Assembly: GCF_001194135.2 (NCBI RefSeq)
Contig: NC_068984.1
Location: 101,065,099 to 101,103,560, forward strand
Reading direction: 5' to 3'
DNA: 38,462 bases
DNA from: Octopus bimaculoides
Lineage: Eukaryota
Both the position numbers and the translations under genes were made by a program. The notes below the pieces were generated by a model. The model saw only the letters and a list, made by a program, of their open reading frames with translations. It ran no database searches and was not told the origin of the DNA. Of this stretch, positions 35,787 to 38,462 are shown piece after piece (the first letter of the stretch is position 1; each line of letters opens with the position of its first letter).

Positions 35787-36092
35787 GTTCAGTAGTTTCA
35801 TTTTTATAACGTGCTTTCACTTCACTACCGAGCGCAGCTCTGTGTGCCTTGGGTATGTGCTGTGGTTTGCTGTGATGCTCTTATGGTTACTGTATTGAAA
35901 GTGTTTTGCGTAGGATGTGTGCAGTGCCCAGTAGTGAAATTTTCTGTACGTTATATATATTTGTAAGTCCTGGTGTTTTTGTTATGTATTTGTCTGAATA
36001 TTTTTTTTTATTATACCTAAGGCACCTCCTATGATAGGAATTGTTTCTGTTTTTAGATTCCACATTCGAGTTGTTACCTCTATTTCCAGGTC
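35787..36092 (-). mobile_element. 5'-truncated 3' end of a Dong/R4-clade LINE
   Basis: DLEIEVTTRMWNLKTETIPIIGGALG...KTPGLTNIYNVQKISLLGTAHILRKTLSIQ* is an R4/Dong-like REL-endonuclease C-terminus. About 110-bp 3' UTR; (TAA)n at both ends. Confidence 0.85.
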
Positions 36093-36363
36093 TTATTATT
36101 ATCATATATAAACATACACGCATGCAAATATGTGTGTGTTTGTGTATATATGCATGCATAAAAACATATTTATGAATAAATATATATATGTGTGTATATA
36201 TATGCTCTTGTGTCTGGGGAGAGTCATTTTCTTATTGTGCCTTAAAATTTAACACACTCACTGGTAAAATTTCCACTTATTTCTTATTTTTATTTTTATT
36301 TTTATACATATATATATATATGTGCATAAATACACATACATACATATATGTGTGTGTGTGTAA

Positions 36364-36522
36364 GGCATGGCTGTGTGGTAAATAATTTGTTTACCAACCA
36401 CATGGTTCCGGGTTCAGTTCTACTGTGTGGCACCTTAGGCAAGTGTCTTCTACTATAGCCTCGGGCCGACCAAAGCCTTGTGAGTGGATATGGTAGACGG
36501 AAATCGAAAGAAGCCCGGCGTA

Positions 36523-36554
<32 letters not shown>

Positions 36555-36785
36555 CGTGTGTGTGCGCGCGCGCGCGTTTGTGTGTCTGTTTGTCCCCCAT
36601 CATCACTAGACAACCGACGTTGGTGTATTTACGTCCCCGTAACATACCGGTTCGGCAAAAGAGACCGATAGGATAAGTACTAGGCTCACAAAGAATAACT
36701 CCTGCGGTCGATTTGGTCGACTGAAGGCGGTGCTCCAGCATGGCCACAGTCAAATGAGTGAAACACGTAAAAGAATAGAAGAATA
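36364..36785 (+). mobile_element. SINE family A, full length
   Basis: Colinear with 20619-21040. Confidence 0.92.
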
Positions 36786-36789
36786 CATA

Positions 36790-36844
36790 TATTCTTTCTT
36801 TTATTCTTCTTTTACATGCTTCAGTCATTTGACTGCAGTCATGC
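36790..36844 (-). mobile_element. SINE family A tail only
   Basis: Reverse complement of 36738-36785. Confidence 0.85.
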
Positions 36845-36845
36845 T

Positions 36846-37129
36846 ATGACGACGCGTCTTCCTGTTGATCCGATCAGGGAACAACCTGCTCGTCAGATTA
36901 ACGTGCAAGTGCCTGGGCCCTCCACGAGCAAGTGTGCATTTTATGGAGTACTCATGGAAATTCAACGTGACACAGAATGTGACAAGACTGACCCTGTGAA
37001 ATACTGGTATTACCAGTAGACTTGTACAGCTTGAAATGATATCTCTATCTCTACTACACAATGCATCGCCGGCAGTCGAACTCACGACCTTACGACCTTG
37101 CATTAAATACCTTAACCACTAAGCCACGC
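36846..37129 (-). mobile_element. tRNA-derived SINE family C, near full length
   Basis: The reverse-complement head gcgtggcttagtggttaagg...gagttcgactgcc has A and B boxes. The tail cacttgcacgttaatctgacgagcaggttgttccctgatcggatcaacagg matches 1030-1090. Confidence 0.85.
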
Positions 37130-38199
37130 ACACACATATTTATATATATATATATACATACATGTGTGTATAAATATGTGTGTATACTGTGTGTGTACAT
37201 ATATATATGTAAATATATACACACACACATATATACATACATATATATATATATGTGTGTGTGTGTGAGTATATATATATATATATATATNNNNNNNNNN
37301 NNNNNNNNNNNNNNNNNNNNNNNNNNNNNNNNNNNNNNNNNNNNNNNNNNNNNNNNNNNNNNNNNNNNNNNNNNNNNNNNNNNNNNNNNNNNNNNNNNNN
37401 NNNNNNNNNNNNNNNNNNNNNNNNNNNNNNNNNNNNNNNNNNNNNNNNNNNNNNNNNNNNNNNNNNNNNNNNNNNNNNNNNNNNNNNNNNNNNNNNNNNN
37501 NNNNNNNNNNNNNNNNNNNNNNNNNNNNNNNNNNNNNNNNNNNNNNNNNNNNNNNNNNNNNNNNNNNNNNNNNNNNNNNNNNNNNNNNNNNNNNNNNNNN
37601 NNNNNNNNNNNNNNNNNNNNNNNNNNNNNNNNNNNNNNNNNNNNNNNNNNNNNNNNNNNNNNNNNNNNNNNNNNNNNNNNNNNNNNNNNNNNNNNNNNNN
37701 NNNNNNNNNNNNNNNNNNNNNNNNNNNNNNNNNNNNNNNNNNNNNNNNNNNNNNNNNNNNNNNNNNNNNNNNNNNNNNNNNNNNNNNNNNNNNNNNNNNN
37801 NNNNTGTGCGTGTGTACGTGCGTGTGTGCGCACGCGTATTTCATATTTAACCTGATATCTTCACAAGCAGTTACATGTAATTCTTGTTTGACAAGTGGAA
37901 AAACAAAGCTTTAAGTGATCGACTCAACTCTCCACTTAACACATTGAGTACTCTTGTATTCAATAGACTTAACTCATATTTATAAGCTTAAATGCACTTG
38001 TACCAAATTGTATGTGGGTTATGCGTATAAACCATCATTCACACACCTACACATGCACACACCCACACGTCAAGGTCAGCAGCCCCAATCCACAAGTACA
38101 CACACGCTCTCACATACACACGCACACGCACTTTCGTTTTGGGATCACCACTACTTCATTATCGCCCTTTCTTCTTTGCTCTCCTGTCTGACCACCTAT

Positions 38200-38399
38200 G
38201 TCCAGCCATCGCCATGATCGACCGCTAGCCACTAAAGCTATTTTTATTCTCTCTCTGTTTATTTTCTCATATTCCTTTCTGTTGAAGAGCGTAGGCTCGA
38301 AACGTAGAAGACTTTCTCACATTCCCGAGCGTTAAACTAATTCACCCGTTTGTTGTTTACACACCTGTCTTCGTCTTTTGTTTATTTGTATATTCTAAC

Positions 38400-38400
<1 letters not shown>
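38200..38400 (+). mobile_element. Short hammerhead-bearing element, copy 2
   Basis: Colinear with 16378-16563; ends at (TA)n(TG)n. Confidence 0.75.
38274..38311 (+). ncRNA. Minimal type I hammerhead ribozyme motif (A6U variant)
   Basis: (C)CUUU-CUGUUGA-A-GAGC-GUAG-GCUC-GAAAC-GUA-GAAG(A). Stem I has 4 bp including one U-G pair; cleavage after 38306. Confidence 0.7.
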
Positions 38401-38434
<34 letters not shown>

Positions 38435-38462
38435 TTGTGTGCGTGTGTGTGTGTGTGTGTAT

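Overview
AT-rich animal genomic DNA, very probably octopus or another coleoid. This is inferred from the repeat landscape (dense AC/AT/GATA microsatellites, several tRNA-derived SINE families of the type known from Octopus, mariner and Penelope-like elements). Ten N gaps, nearly all bordered by microsatellites, point to a short-read assembly. No host protein-coding exon can be called with confidence; almost all ORFs in the supplied track are microsatellite or N artefacts. The real coding signal comes from decayed mobile elements: three Penelope-like element (PLE) fragments (RT and/or GIY-YIG), a DD34D mariner with TIRs, two copies of an internally deleted DD37D (maT-like) element, two mariner MITEs, and 3' fragments of CR1-type, Dong/R4-type and probably RTE-type LINEs. 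The most interesting signal is three short non-coding elements carrying minimal type I hammerhead ribozyme folds (16438-16474 +, 38274-38311 +, 32067-32103 -). Two of them share a non-canonical A6U core. Weaker hammerhead remnants lie at the 3' ends of two PLEs. The window also has several inverted-repeat arrangements that could form long dsRNA, and a tandem array built from a ~50-bp dispersed motif. All alignments and folds were done by eye and need computational confirmation.
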